Of a DNA stretch of 64,000 nt, positions 26,503 to 39,965 are shown in pieces. The number at the start of each line of letters is the position of its first letter. The first letter of the stretch is position 1. The DNA lies in the NCBI GenBank assembly GCA_038496445.1, contig JALMLS010000143.1:448508-512507 (forward strand), in the 5' to 3' direction. Position numbers and translations under genes: made by a program. The DNA comes from Trichosphaerium sp. ATCC 40318 (taxonomy: Eukaryota > Protista > Tubulinea). The notes under the pieces are model-generated. The model saw only the letters and a program-made list of their open reading frames with translations, ran no database searches and was not told where the DNA came from.

Positions 26503-28865
26503 TTATCCAATTACCCATGTATAAATAGCATACCACATTGTGAAGTTTAAAAAATACACTAATCCTATTGCTAGAAAGCTCAAAATCCTGAAATAAAGTG
26601 GTGTGTGATATAAATTATGATTTTTAGGCAATGTGGTGTTGGCTGTTAACATGGCCTTGTATGAACGCTCCAAAAGTGTATGTGGTGTATCATCTTCACT
26701 GACTAAACATTGCGTAAGTAACAAGCATCAAGAATGAGAAAGTTAGAGTGAGATGAATCCAAAGTACTTTTAGTAAAAGTATCAATTTCTTTTATGAAAT
26801 ATTAATTCATCAGGCGAGACAATGACTTTTGAGTAAAGCACTTACCTGTGATTGGTTTTAAAACACGTAGAATTACATGTCCTGGTTTCCATAACTTATG
26901 TCTTGGTGGCCATAAGTCGTACGCTCCAAATAAAAGCTTAAACAATTATTAGGAAATGTAAAATAAGCGAAAAGAGATGCTAGCTTGTGTAAAATGGAAC
27001 GTACAATTGGAACTAATGGAGATTTTGTTTCTTCTGCAAGATAAAATGCTCCTTTTTTAAATGAAAGTAATTGGCCACTCTAAAGTAACGTACTTTGTCA
27101 GCTCGATAAAGAACAAAGATGTCAAAAAAAAAGAAGAAAATACAAAGATAAAACTTGTAGTGTCATTGACATACCTTTGATCTAGTACCTTCTGGTGAAA
27201 TAGCAACTGATCGATCCCACTTTAACATTGCTTTTGAAGCTTTTTTGAGAGTATTTACAGCTTTTGTCCTAAAGCTCGTCACACACAAGTTAAAATTGAC
27301 GCCTTTCATTCATTGGCGGAGTCAAATAAAACTATCTCGCTAGTATGGTCCGTTTCAGTCAAGTGTCAATCTTTCACCCGTTATTTCGCCAGTTATTTTC
27401 CGCTCTCAAAGCTCTTTATTTGTATTGTAGTTTGCTCCTTTTCGTGGGAAAAAATAAATGACGAAATAACGGGTGAAAGAATTGACTTGCTTGACTGAAA
27501 CGGACAATAAAAGACTTTTAGTGTACCTATTTGTTCTCTCAATACTAAAATTACCAAGTAAATATCCTGCCCAACCAATATAAGGTACATAAAACACTAA
27601 AAAGTAATAAGCTACAACATTAACATTCCAACTGAAAAAAGAAAAAAAAACGTGCAACGTGGATAAAAAGAAAAAAAAGAAAAACCAATTCACTTCACCC
27701 TTTAACACGTGCTGTAGAAATTTTTTATCCTCGAAAAGGGATTGGTACAACTATTATTCTTTGCGTAGAAAATACTTTAAAATTAATAAAAGAGCTTACA
27801 GAAGCAGAAAACAAAGTAACAAAAAAATTTTAATTTAATGTCAAATTGTCTCGTCAACTCACAAGACGTCAATGGTCTTAAATCTCACGTACTTGATTTT
27901 TTTCCTACCCATTTAAAGTAGATAGGGCTCTCTGACATTACAGAAAAGAAATCAAGGAAGCTAGAGTGTTGAAATAATCCTATTGTAGAGCTACCTTTCT
28001 TCACCATATCTTTTATATGTTCTGTACCTTCAGTCTTAGTGATAAACAAAGTCAGTATGGTTTTTTTTGTAGATTCGTATAAAACGAACTTTGCGTCTAA
28101 TGATTAAAAATCGCCGAAAAACCCTTGCTCGTTATTGCTACGCATAGGCGTACGCGTTGAGGTTATGTTTTCGGCATAAAAAGAGTTTTGTGAAGAAACA
28201 GTAATTTAAACGGGAATGGTATTTCTTTCCATACCGTAATGTAAACGCCTGATACTAGGCACAGCGCTTTCGCCCATAATCTAGTCAGTAGATCAACGGG
28301 AAGCGAATTATTCTGAATACCGAAGAGTTTACGCAGAATAGGGTGTAAAATGCGTATAGGCACCGCACACACGATCAAAATGAATCCCCAGGGTAATGGA
28401 CCAATAAGCAACGCCTAGCAAAGTGTAACTTTAGTGTCGGCTCTAAACGGTCTTGAATCATACTATTGCCCGAAGAACTGCCACGATCCAGTGTAACCAT
28501 TGATTCTTTTCGAAGCTGTCGAAACTACTGAGATACAAAGCTTTTTTCAACGTATTATATTCTTTCTGTAATATACATTGAATACAAGCGTAGAAATGGA
28601 GTAAAAGAAACGAAGAAATTTCCTCTTAACATTTTTTTTGATCAAAAAAAAGTTTTTCGCGAACCTCTATTTCCTCTGCTTCTTTTGAGTCTTTTGGTAC
28701 TGTTTGACGCATTGTCCACATGAAAGAAGATAGCTGAAGCCATAACCGGCGTTTTATCTCTGAATCTTCATAGCGGTACGATTTTGGTTCTAGAGCTTGT
28801 GTTTTCTCGAATGTCTTTATTTTTTGGCGTAGTGCCTGCCACTCCTGCAGTAGCTCTTCGTTCAT
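26503..28865 (-). CDS. 1-acyl-sn-glycerol-3-phosphate acyltransferase (LPAAT/PlsC family), multi-exon
   Basis: LFQHSSFLD (HxxxxD), VAISPEGTRS, LLSFKKGAFYLA and PLVPI; N- and C-terminal TM segments. Confidence 0.85.
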
Positions 28866-29753
28866 GGCCTTCTTCTTACGTGTCAGAACCTATGATTTAC
28901 TTGTGAAGACTTGTTCTCAAAGTCTCCAATCCATCTCTTTCTGTAAAACAGCGCTACTACGCGCAGCTATGAGTACGCATAAAAGTTGGTTTCTTTTCCC
29001 AAGTCTACCTTTGTATTCAGCATTTTTTGTATTCTTTGAAAGGCAGCAATTTAAATCAAGTTGAAGTCAAACATGTGCAACGACCTACTTGTAAATACAA
29101 TATCGCTAACTTGCATCTCAATATTATTTGACACTTGAAACGTCGTAAAAGTGATGTAAAGATAATGTCTAATTTCGGTCTCTGCCTTGTCATTGGTTGT
29201 TTGCGAAACAGCGCTGAGTATTTTGACAACATAATTTGTAGTAAGTTGGACGTGTAGTAAAAAATACTTTCTATTCACGTTTGGTAACATACTCTTTGTT
29301 ACCAATCGTCCTTTAAGATCATGCAAGGTCTCGGTAATTTTTTAGTAAACTTGAGCTAAGATGCCAAACAAAATTGGATAATGTCGATACTTGTCATCTT
29401 CTCTTTATGTGTGGAGTCACGACGGCGTACCCAACGCGGGCCAATCTACAAGTGCTGCTGCAGCAGGGATCAATATGGTGCACTATGTATTTGGACCACG
29501 CTTCCATGCAGGAGACCTCGCTGGGTAGCAAATGCCCTCAAAACACAATACGATTGTTATATGTTAGATTAAAGGAATGTGATGTACAGAAAAAGATACC
29601 CAAACAGGTGGTTAAATTACTCAACCAAATAAATCATTGACTTGTACTGTACAACTTTTACATACCTATTGCACCGAACGTACCAAACACTACTATACTA
29701 ACGCTGTATCTTTGTTATAGTATGTTAAACTCTTCTAGACCAATTAAGGAAGT

Positions 29754-30022
29754 GGGGCGGCATCGCTTTTTGAGATAGTTTCGAAAAGTACATTTTTTAT
29801 TTTGTATTTTACGCGTTTCAGAATCTTTGAAACGTTTTTACTCACCTCAGAACTATCTTACACTTCAATTGCTATTTTACCCATGTTATAATTATGCTAT
29901 ACTTATGGTTGCATAACCATTTTGCGATTCATTTATGCTGTGCCGAGGAAAAGTACCAAAGCAATTTTTTTCAAAAAAAACATAATTTCATTACTTTCTG
30001 AAACTCAAAAGCGATGCTGCCC
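29754..30022. mobile_element. MITE-like non-autonomous DNA transposon (~270 bp)
   Basis: Left GGGCGGCATCGCTTTTTGAG..TTTCGAAAAGTA versus reverse complement of right end GGGCAGCATCGCTTTTGAGTTTCAGAAAGTA. AGT flanks both ends (possible 3-bp TSD); AT-rich non-coding interior. Confidence 0.65.
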
Positions 30023-30195
30023 AGTCGCTGATGTTAAAGTCAATGTGTAACATTACAAAAAGTGTCAAAATAATTGTCGTACTAAGACCTATACCGAGTC
30101 AAAAGGCGCTATAGAGAGTCATGAACAATACCAAAATAGATATGCTAAGCATAACAAACATTTTAATGGTACTTTCTTATTTTACAAACGTCATT

Positions 30196-31450
30196 TTATA
30201 GCACTGTTGTCGGATTCCAACTTACACGCATATCCACATGCTTGGTTTCTAGTACATGCATATCATCATCATCCAGAGTAAAGTTAAAAATATCCGCATT
30301 GGCTTCAACACGAGCAGGTTTTGTAGATTTTGGAATGGTGATTGTTCCAGTTTGCCAACTCCATCGAATAAGAACTTGTGCTGGTGTCTTTTTATGTTTC
30401 TTTGCTATACCAGCGATGCATCTATCACTCAGAGCACGTCCTTTGCACATTGGTGACCAGCCCTCAACCAGAATTCCATTTTGTTTGCAATACTGTTTAA
30501 GCTCGTTTGGATTCTGGTAAAAAAGTTATTTTGTTAGGTTTTGGTTGTTTATTGTTACCTGCAATGGATTGTATTCGACTTGATTTATCATTGGTAATAT
30601 GCTAGCATGCTCTGAAAGATGTTTTAAGTGTTTTATTAGGAAGTTCGAGACACCAATGGATCTGCATTTCCCTATCAACAAAATAAGGCTTTATTCTTGT
30701 AGTAAAGTAATCGTTGATCAAGTCTTTTATACCAGCTTTAAGTAAGTCCTCTAACGCTCTCCAGGTCTCAATACGATATTTTATATTCATCTCAGCAGTT
30801 CCTGGAGGACTAAAGAACCCAGGCCAATGAACCTAAGGCATTGAAAGAGTAATTAAAAAGTGAAAACAAATAAACAAACAGAAAAACTGCTGTGCAACTA
30901 ACACTACTTATAAAAACACGTACAAGGTAACAATCAATGTATCCGCAATCCAACTTCTGAAGAGACGTATTAAACGCCTTTATCGTATCTGGAAATTAGT
31001 TTTTTAAGCACGTGATACGACCACCATAGAGCTGTCACTAACCTTCGTAAATAGACCCAATATGGACATCACCTGGCCACAACTTTGTTGTGATGAAGTA
31101 CTCCTCCCTGGGAACGTTGGACGCTTTAAGAATTTTACCTACTAGTCGACAGTGTAAGTGTTGTTGATTTGTAAAAAAAACTTCAATCAACAGAAAATTG
31201 TGAAAACTACAACGTCCAAATGACGTGTTTAACATTGCTACATACACTCTTTTTCGTTACCATAGCGTGCAGCTGTATCAAACAGTCTGTATCCAGCGTT
31301 AAGAGCCGTGATGATTGCTTCTGATGAAAACCCTTCAAGTTGTCAGTACTGGTAATGTTAGAACCACGTACCGCCACGGTGGCTCAAACCTAACCCAAAT
31401 TTTGGTATCTGTACACCATTTCGCATTTTACAGACAGTACGAATTGACAT
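30196..31450 (-). CDS. Aldo-keto reductase, multi-exon
   Basis: IPKFGLG, GYRLFDTAARYGNE, YFITTKLWP, HWPG, IGVSNF, INQVEYNP, KTPAQVLIRW and IPKS. Confidence 0.92.
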
Positions 31451-31549
31451 GACACTCAAGAGCTGCTAGACGTACAGCACAACAATATATACAGGCCTGA
31501 CTTAAGAATAAATCCGTTTAGACTGTTTGCGCTCATTTACAACATTCCA

Positions 31550-33009
31550 ATGAGCGCAAAACGTAAACCTCCTGATCCCACGTTTGTACTGCGAGGGCAG
31601 GTACAACACTAAACGGACCAATTGCCTAATTAGCATTATAGAATACCAGTATTCGCAGTGCGTGCTTTGGAGATACTAGCGATAGATTGTGGACGGCAAA
31701 TGAAGCTGGTGATCTTCTATTGTATTCTATGACAACGAGACGGTACTTTTCATAATCTCCTACGCGTACAATACTCAAATAATCGTTAGACCGGCACATA
31801 CAATAAAATCAGCTCACAGCACTGCCATTATTTCTCTACAATATGTTAATGAACCTCAAATAGTAGTATCGTACGTAGCCAACGCACACAAAAATATTTC
31901 AGACTAAAACAGCGAAGACGAGGTAGAATGGGAATAGTTAAGGCTTGGGATGCGTCAACGTATCAAGAAAAATATCGTGTACTCTGCAACACAGCTAGTT
32001 TTTGCAATGCTCACGCTTGTACGTGTCAGAGGTCAAAACTGTTTCAAAATAATAAATACATTTTTTTAAAACTAAAACATGTTTTTTTGCAGGTACTTCA
32101 AACGGTAACACCTTTGTGGCAGTACCAAGTGAAGAGAAAGGAGAAGTACTCATATTCAATTCAAAAACAGAGAAACAAATTGCTAAAGTGTCACCTGGAC
32201 CATCAGTCGGTTAGATTTTTTATTTAGATTCAATGAAATAAGTTTAATTTTTTTTAACAGGAATGCTCATGCATTTGAAACTCTATGAGGTTGGAGATAA
32301 ATTAATAGTAGTCACAGCACATGAAAATGGTGGTATATACTTTTGGGATGCGATGAGTAGTAGTGACAATGCGATAACAAGCATAAAAGACCATAAAGAA
32401 CCAGGTCAGTTATAAAAACAGAAGTTTTTAACTTACGTCACCACTATCGCTAAAATTCTCTCAGCTTTATGTTTTAATATGAACAAATCATTGACAAGAG
32501 GTATATCAGGTGGAGCCGATAATATATTATCATTCTTTAACGTTGATTTGGCATCAGTACGTTTAAAGCGTTGGTTGCAACAGAAGAAAAAAATTCTGTC
32601 TGTACAACTCAACTCTAACTAGGGAACAAGTAAGAGTAATACACAGATGTTAAGTAGTAATGGAGTAAATGATGCTAGTATAAGACCAGACGAGAAGATT
32701 TGTGTCACAGCTGGGTGGGATAACAGGTGAGGAGAGAAAATTTGGTTTCTTAACGTGGTTTGTTTGTACTGACAAAAAAATTTGTAGAGTTCGCGTTTTT
32801 GGCTGGAAGAAAAGAAAACCTCTTGCCATTTTGAAGTACGTACTGAACCCACACTGTCTATCTGGCTTTTCCTGTTGCTTTCCTAATTCTCACTTCTTTA
32901 CAAAAGGGGCCACTCTAAAAGTGTCTATGCTGTTGCATTTGCTCCAGAAGGAAATAGATTCGCATCAGTTTCTGAGGATGGAAATGTAGCTGTATGGAAC
33001 ATATACTGA
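31550..33009 (+). CDS. GNB1L: WD40 protein GNB1L/ASA1-like, multi-exon
   Basis: N-terminus PPDPTFVLRG; C-terminus [32 protein letters not shown]...VAVWNIY*. Confidence 0.8.
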
Positions 33010-34457
33010 ATGAAACGCAGGTCCACACCGCACAGCAACCCACTAAGAAATTTGAAAAAAATGACAACACCGGCAGGTGTACGCCAAACAAAGCAAGGCA
33101 ACGCTGATGCGTTTAGCACAGCACATATTATTGTACTTCTAATACGTTGTCATAATAAAACAAGCGAAAACAACTAAAACCTCAGTTTAAACCCTCATTC
33201 TTCCCTACAAGCGTAACAATACCGTGAAAGTCCAACGAGAATTGTTAATAGAGGCCACAATTCGCAATTTGTTTGCATTACAGTTGTAATTATAGGTTTC
33301 AGATAATTCTAAAAATTGCAAACCAAAAAAGCCAAACTCTTCTGAATTTAGGAGCAGCTAAAGACATACAACTTTGTTTAGGTCATTTGTACACGTAATT
33401 CACCTCGTTCGGCTTAATAGTAACTCGTAAAACTTTGCAAAAGATATTTTATCCACAAACTTTTTACTTTGGCTGCTGGTACGCTTGGCGTAGCGTATCA
33501 TGCAGTATTTCGAGGCTACAAACGCCTCAGAGGAAATCGCTATGAACGCATTATATTTCAGTTTGTACCGGACAACCTACTTCAAATGGGCTACTATCGC
33601 TGTAGAGCAAACGTACGCAATACTACAAAGCAGATTTTGACTCCTTTTAGGTCTTTTTCCGCGGACTACGTTAGTTCCCACTTTTATTTCTCTAAAAATA
33701 TTTCGTTTCGCTCTGCGATACGCACACCCGCAAAAGAATGGTACGTCACGCATTTTTGATGAACAACAAACGAGTTCTTTTCAAAACTACCCTTAACGCA
33801 AACCTTTCTAACTTCCGAATGTTTAGTGTTGTCGCGAAAGTACTCTTGGAGCGAAAGAGAGCCTCAGAAAAGCCTAAAAGTAACGGAATTCTTTGGTTTT
33901 TTGCAAACCGAACACAGGCCGGTTTTTCTAGCGTACTAAGCCTGAGAGTCTACACTATAATGCAAGTGCATCACAACAAGCGCGAACAAGCCGCTATGTG
34001 TCACATATCATGTGTCGTTTTTTTGTGTTAGTTTGTCACGTGAGCAGTTTATTTTTGTTTTGTTCAAACAAAAACTGAGAAAGCGGTTTCGGTTTTGTGA
34101 GAGATCATTCCGCACTTTGTTTGTATTTTTAAGTTCTTACACACCACAAGTGTATTCCCTCGAGCACGTGTGTGGTAGGCTTCGAAAAAGCGTGGAGGCA
34201 TGAAAATCTATTTTTGGTTTTTCAGTGAAGGGTATTATTTATATGTTGAATATTTATTTATAGCTAATACTCGCACACACAAAGCGCTGCCTGTTAATAA
34301 CTTTCCTCATTCTGGTACACTTGCCATTTCATACCTAGTTATAACCGTTGGTGTAAAATCGAAGCGGTTGAGTGCTTATTTCAATACCGTTCGGCTTTTG
34401 TATTTGCACACCTTTGTTTACGCCCCGTAGTGTACCCACAACGCGTCAAATACCAAC

Positions 34458-35943
34458 ATGGGAAGAAAAACAATAGAAATAAAGAAGATAAAAGATAATA
34501 AAAAGAGACAGGTAAGTGGAACACAAAAAAAAACAAGCGAAGTGAATAAGAAAAAAACAATATTGAACGTTTGTAGATAACGTTTAACAAAAGACGTGCT
34601 GGTGTACTCAAAAAAGCCATGGAACTGTCTATCCTATGTGGTTGCCCTGTTGCTGTAGCCGTATACGAGACTCACGAACTAGGAGACGCACAGTGGTACG
34701 TTAGAAAGAAAATTTTTGCCAGCCACAAACGTTGTGATAACTGACAATAAAAAGGCACGTGTACGAGTCACAACCGGATTTTCTAAAACAATGCGTTGAC
34801 TGGAATACAAAAGCCACAGAGAAGAAGGTATGGGAACCAATGACAAACGAAGACGTAAGTGCAAAGAAATTGTGTTTCATATTTAGCTGATATTCTCTTT
34901 TGTAGTACTTTCGCATGCACCCTACAAAGAAGAATGGTTTTGTCAAAGAGAAGCAAAAGGTATGGAATGCGGTTTTGACTATTTGCAGCTTATTTGTTAA
35001 CTTCTCGTCAGGTTCCAACTACCAGACTTGAATCAGGATACAGTGCAATCTTACCAGATGTTACACTACCTGCTGTTAATGTAGCGTACCATAACTATTG
35101 TCAGTATTGGCAAACAGTAAAGAACGCCAATCTTCAAGGTAAATAGCACCTAAACTCAACTAAATCTAAACCATTCTAGTTACTCAACCACCTGCGCCTG
35201 TACATACGTCAACTATACCAGTGTTTTCACCTCAGTTCATGATACCAGGACTGGTATTTGGTACGCTCTTGACTAGATTGTGTATAGCAATTGTCCGCTA
35301 ACTTTGGATCGTATTGCAGCTCAACCAAGTATTCAACAAACACAGCACCAATACAACCAAATGCTACAAACACTTCGTCCTATCCAACCCTTAAACAACG
35401 TCAATGATAAGGCACCAGCACAACCAGCACCAACGGTCGTTCCCAGTATCACGCTCCCATTTGCCCAAAATCAAATCCTTACACAGCCAGTTGTTCAGTT
35501 TCCCATTGTTCAAAGTAAACCAGTTGACTCCAGTACGTTAAACAACCGCAACTGAGGATAAAATCTTAACTACCTCTATAGATTCTGATCCTGTAGAACC
35601 TCTCGAGTCTTCTACGGAATCTACGACTGATGATCAACCTGGTAATTATAGAAAACGTCAACAAGTAACAAATCCTTCAACTCAACCACCTGCCAAGAGG
35701 ATGAAAAAAGGACGAGAATTGTCTATTATTATACCCAAGACACCAACATCTGCAAGGCCTTTTTGTTGGCCAATGTCGGCTTCTGGATATCTCACATTGA
35801 ACACACCAAGTGAAAGTATGTTCACACCTCCCCTCTTCCTTCCACAAACAAATCTATTTTCACCCGTGTCACAAACAGACACAGCTTCCCCATTGGAAAC
35901 AGTTCAACCTGCTGATTTTTTAGACTATGAAGGATTAGAATAG
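34458..35943 (+). CDS. MADS-box transcription factor (SRF/MEF2 family), multi-exon
   Basis: Spliced MGRKTIEIKKIKDNKKRQ|ITFNKRRAGVLKKAMELSILCGC (absent from the ORF track); Q/P/T-rich C-terminus. Confidence 0.9.
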
Positions 35944-36159
35944 AAGTATATTAGCGGTTAGAAACTGGAAGATAGACTCCACACAACTTTTTTTTTTTAA
36001 TTGTACATAATAAAGTAACTATTGGCTTGATCATGCTGTCAACTGTGCAACTTTGCTCGTTGCTGGTTTCTGTTGCAAATCGCTATCGCGTCATAGAAAA
36101 AGGGAAAATTCACTGAAGCAGTTTAGCATTTGGCTCAGTTATTAATCGATTTGCAGCAT

Positions 36160-36384
36160 ATGGGCAAAAGCAGAAATAGCAGAAAGGGTGTAAGACAACG
36201 TTACGGCGACCACGCGCACAAGGACTGGAAAAAACGCGCAAATGGATGCAAACGCGCAGCATACCGTAGTTCATTATCTAAAAATGAAGTAGATGGAGCC
36301 GAAGACCTTCCTCAAATAATTAATCATGGTAAAACCTATTGGGACTGCAAACCATATAAATCCAACGCAGCAAACCGCATTTAA
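36160..36384 (+). CDS. Small basic hypothetical protein (74 aa, intronless)
   Basis: ATG-initiated K/R-rich ORF followed by AATAAA; no recognised family. Confidence 0.35.
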   Translation: MGKSRNSRKGVRQRYGDHAHKDWKKRANGCKRAAYRSSLSKNEVDGAEDLPQIINHGKTYWDCKPYKSNAANRI

Positions 36385-36488
36385 TTGTAGAAAAGAATAA
36401 ACCGTGTATTTGTATCAAAATCGCTCATTTTAAGCCTGATTTACAAACTTAATGACGCACCAGGTTGTTTGCCAACGGTCGTTTAGCA

Positions 36489-37678
36489 ATGGATACATGG
36501 CGTTTAACCGATTTAAAGCGTAACTACGTTCATTTCGCAACACGAAGAAAAAGCAACTCTACAAGAAGAAAAGGTTCGATGAGGGCCCTTTTTAGATACA
36601 ATGTACGTGTTAACGAAGTGTTACACTGTTATTTGTACATTTCGGCGTTTGCCCCATTTGTTTCAAATAAAAACTGAAAAAAAAACCAAAGGCCGACTCT
36701 TCAGATTGTCATATACCGTTCATCCCTGAGGTTTGGTGCTGCATTTTTCGCTTTGTGGATTACAACGACATGCTTAAAAGTGAACTGGTACGATTTCTTT
36801 GCCACTTGAGAGCCATCGCTTTCAAGCAATCAAATGATAGAAGTCAGATCTGCGCTCTAACTAAATTTTTTCTTGACATTTTTTTTGGTTTGTCACGTGC
36901 TTTTCGTTTAATTTTGTCCATGTAGGCATGCAAATTCTTTATGAGGGTCATAGATGATGTAGTATGGAAGTACCATTATGAAAAGTTCTTTTATTGTGCA
37001 GAAGGAAAGAGTTCTCCTTTGAGTTGGAAGCAAATGTTCAGAAAGAAACTTGATGATATTTCAAAGCAAGGTGCTTTGTATTTGAAACACCCAGGCAGAT
37101 GGTTCTCTACATGGACTAGAGTATGGGTAAGAGTAATCAATAAAGTAAAATCAGTCATTCTAAATGAGTTTAGGTCGTTCTAGAAGGCGTGAACTTTATT
37201 TATTTTCCGTACAATTGGTACGCACTTGTTTCATCAAAAACACGCTTTGGTATCATAACCATGTTATGCTACCCTCATAACAACGTAGAATAGGCCATGT
37301 GGCTACATCTTTACCATTTTAGAACGTTGTATAACAAGACCTCTTACGTCAATTTAGTAAAGATGACCCGAAACATATTCTATCCCTTATCAGATCCGTA
37401 CCTCCTTCAAATGTCGCCTTCCTGCCTTTTATGAATAGTACGCATACTACAAAATTGATTGTACATACTCTTCATCATCGTAACTCGGTATAGTCGGTTG
37501 CAGTAAAAGCACACGTTGGTCAGGGAAGTTTGAAATATTTATAACAGGATTCGAGTCCGAGTATTTGGTGTTTGGCGTTGACAACGAGCAAGACGGGAGG
37601 CTATGGCTGAATGCTATTCAAAGAGCAAAGCTAAAGTTCCAGTCTCAAATGTACGGCCAAGAGATGGCTGTAGGATAG
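36489..37678 (+). CDS. F-box + PH domain protein, multi-exon
   Basis: F-box FIPEVWCCIFRFVDYNDMLKSELACKFFMRVIDDVVWK; PH start SKQGALYLKHPGRWFSTWTRVWV and end VFGVDNEQDGRLWLNAIQRA. Confidence 0.75.
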
Positions 37679-37881
37679 CTTACTGTTACTTTGTACTTGT
37701 ACAAATAACTGTAGTTGTATATTTTGTGATTTGATAATGAGTAAAGCGATTGGTTACCGCGTAGTGTAAGCATGTTTTTTCATTAAGATCCGAAAAAAAC
37801 GCGGCCAAAGTACATAGTTTCAGTTAAACTTGCTTACAAAGTCAACGCACCTCCTTGTAACGTTACAAGGTAAAAAGCAGC

Positions 37882-38434
37882 ATGTCTGCACCACAAGAGA
37901 ACCATGTACAAAAAACTACGGCTACTGGTTTGGAAGGAGTCGATAGGAACCAAGAAATGAACCAATTTGTACGTTAGATACCGTGGAATATACTATTCGG
38001 TTCGTAAAACATAATGCTTACTTTGTTCTAGATGAATAATTTAGTAAGCGCTCTCGTACGTCTAGAACCAATCCCCATTGCGTATTTTTACCACAAAATA
38101 GTACAGGAGTAACTTCGGTTGCAACATGTACAAAACGCGAACTTATCGCATCTTACCACCTTACCACGCACTAAAAACGCTTTAATAACATTCTACCATA
38201 GTCTGTAAAATTCGAACAAATGTCCCAACAGATCATTGGAAAACGTATCCCAAAGTGATCAGATAACATTTTGTAATTCGTTTTTAACAACAATAACTCC
38301 TTAACGATACAGTGGACCAGATGGGAGACAGAATTGATAGCCTCGAGAAACAAATGGACGATATTATGGACCAAGCTGGTATTGACAAACAACAAGTACA
38401 TAATCAGACAGATAGAACATTAGACAATCACTAG
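37882..38434 (+). CDS. HSBP1: Heat shock factor-binding protein 1, 4 exons
   Basis: Spliced EMNQFMNNLVSALSVKFEQMSQQIIGKLDQMGDRIDSLEKQMDDIMDQAG matches the HSBP1 pattern. Confidence 0.8.
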
Positions 38435-38610
38435 TAATTTAACAAACAAATGAAGCCAAAGCAGGCAAGCCTCTGCAAGAATAAAAACAGAAAACAAAAT
38501 AAAATCTTGCTTCTCCAATGTCACGGCTACTCAACAAGTTTAATCCTTTCTAAAGCAGTAAAACTTTGTTTGTCATCAGTACAGCCGCGCCATCACGGGT
38601 ACAAGAGTAT

Positions 38611-39165
38611 TTACTTAGTCTCAGGCTTCTTTGCGGCGATAGCTTCAATCTCAATGAGGCAACTAGAAAAAATAGTTAGCGCCTTGCCACTAATGAATAA
38701 AGAGTACCCAGGTGGTAGCGCTTTGACAGCGAACGTAGCTCTGGCAGGTGGTGGAGAACCAGTGGCTTCTTGGCTGAAAAACTCACTATACTTCTCATTG
38801 AAAGCCTTGAAATCATCAAAGTTTGCCAACAAACACGTTGTCTTTAACACGTGCGCCATGCTAGAAAAAAACAGTAAATGAATGCTGACCAGCGTTTTAT
38901 AAGGTTTAATACTTACCTTGAGTTGCCAGCTTCTAGTACCGCCTTCATATTCAACAATACACGCTCTGTTTGTACTTTGATGTCACCCTTTATCCATTCA
39001 CCTTGTAACGAGTTTGTTTTAACCCTTAGTATAATACGCACGCGTCTTAGGGTCTACGGCTACTTGTCCAGCAACGAAAACGAGGTTACCGTATGCGATA
39101 CCTGGAGAATAGCAACCACCTGGTGCTGGAGCGTTTTCGCTGACAATTGCTTGCTTTGTTGCCAT
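38611..39165 (-). CDS. ridA: RidA/YjgF reactive-intermediate deaminase, multi-exon
   Basis: APAPGGCYSPGI..GNLVFVAGQV, VLKTTCLL, PPARATFAVKALP and IEIEAIA. Confidence 0.9.
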
Positions 39166-39313
39166 TGTTTCGGTTGAAAAGTTAATGAAAACTTTCATTT
39201 ACTACAATTGACTCTGGTTGCCAGTGACATGTTGTTGGTTGCCTACAATGAGCGAGTGCCAACTATTAATTTTAATCAGTTTATTTTACAATTCATCCCA
39301 GCGCTACGCAATG

Positions 39314-39784
39314 TCAATATTTCAAATGATCCTGTATTGCCTGGCGCTCTACAGATTCTTTAGTACCATCGTGAGTGACTTCTCGCTCGTTATTAAGATA
39401 ATCGTCTATTTCTGTATAAAAGCCCTCCCAGCCCAGACCCTCAGGAAATTCCTTTCGATAGAACGTTTTTTGAGCTTTAGACAATGTCTGCCAACCGTCG
39501 TACCACGCCAATTTGTACCCTTCGCCGCCACCCATCCGCCATCCAAGGCAATAGCGCTCATAGTTAGGGAATTCCAGCCACAAAGGAAGCATTTTTAACG
39601 GCGTACTCCACTTATTAGCCTTTCTTTTCTTCAATTTGCTTACAAACTCCGCTGGCGTAATATTTTGAACGTGTTTTACGCAGTAGAAGTTTGCTTGCTC
39701 CCTTTGAACTGCACAGCACTTACCACACAGGTCACGAGTGCAATCCGCACTTCCTTGCTCGTTACAAGCCTCACACTTCAACAT
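39314..39784 (-). CDS. Hypothetical protein: C-rich zinc finger fused to a bacterial-type GWRMG domain
   Basis: CEAC-x7-C-x4-CGKCC-x11-CVKH followed by PLWLEFP..LGWRMGGGEGY..W..LS....YRKEFPE..GWEGFY; true start uncertain. Confidence 0.65.
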   Translation of the reverse strand: MLKCEACNEQGSADCTRDLCGKCCAVQREQANFYCVKHVQNITPAEFVSKLKKRKANKWSTPLKMLPLWLEFPNYERYCLGWRMGGGEGYKLAWYDGWQTLSKAQKTFYRKEFPEGLGWEGFYTEIDDYLNNEREVTHDGTKESVERQAIQDHLKY

Positions 39785-39965
39785 AACTGAAAAAAAAATA
39801 CGACCAAGATATGAAAAAAACGCCCAAAAATAGCCATCACACATAACCGTTAAATTTTTCTCGCAATTTCTACACATACGTACAGCTTTGTTAAAGGTGG
39901 TTTCATATTTATTAGAATACAAGTGAAGATACAAGAGATGGCGGAACAAACGCGTAAGTTTTTTT

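Noticed and set aside
33100-34450. ORFs and a ~14-bp hairpin (33471-33506) upstream of the MADS gene as genes or ncRNA
   Set aside because: No recognisable protein or RNA-family features; most likely an extended regulatory region.
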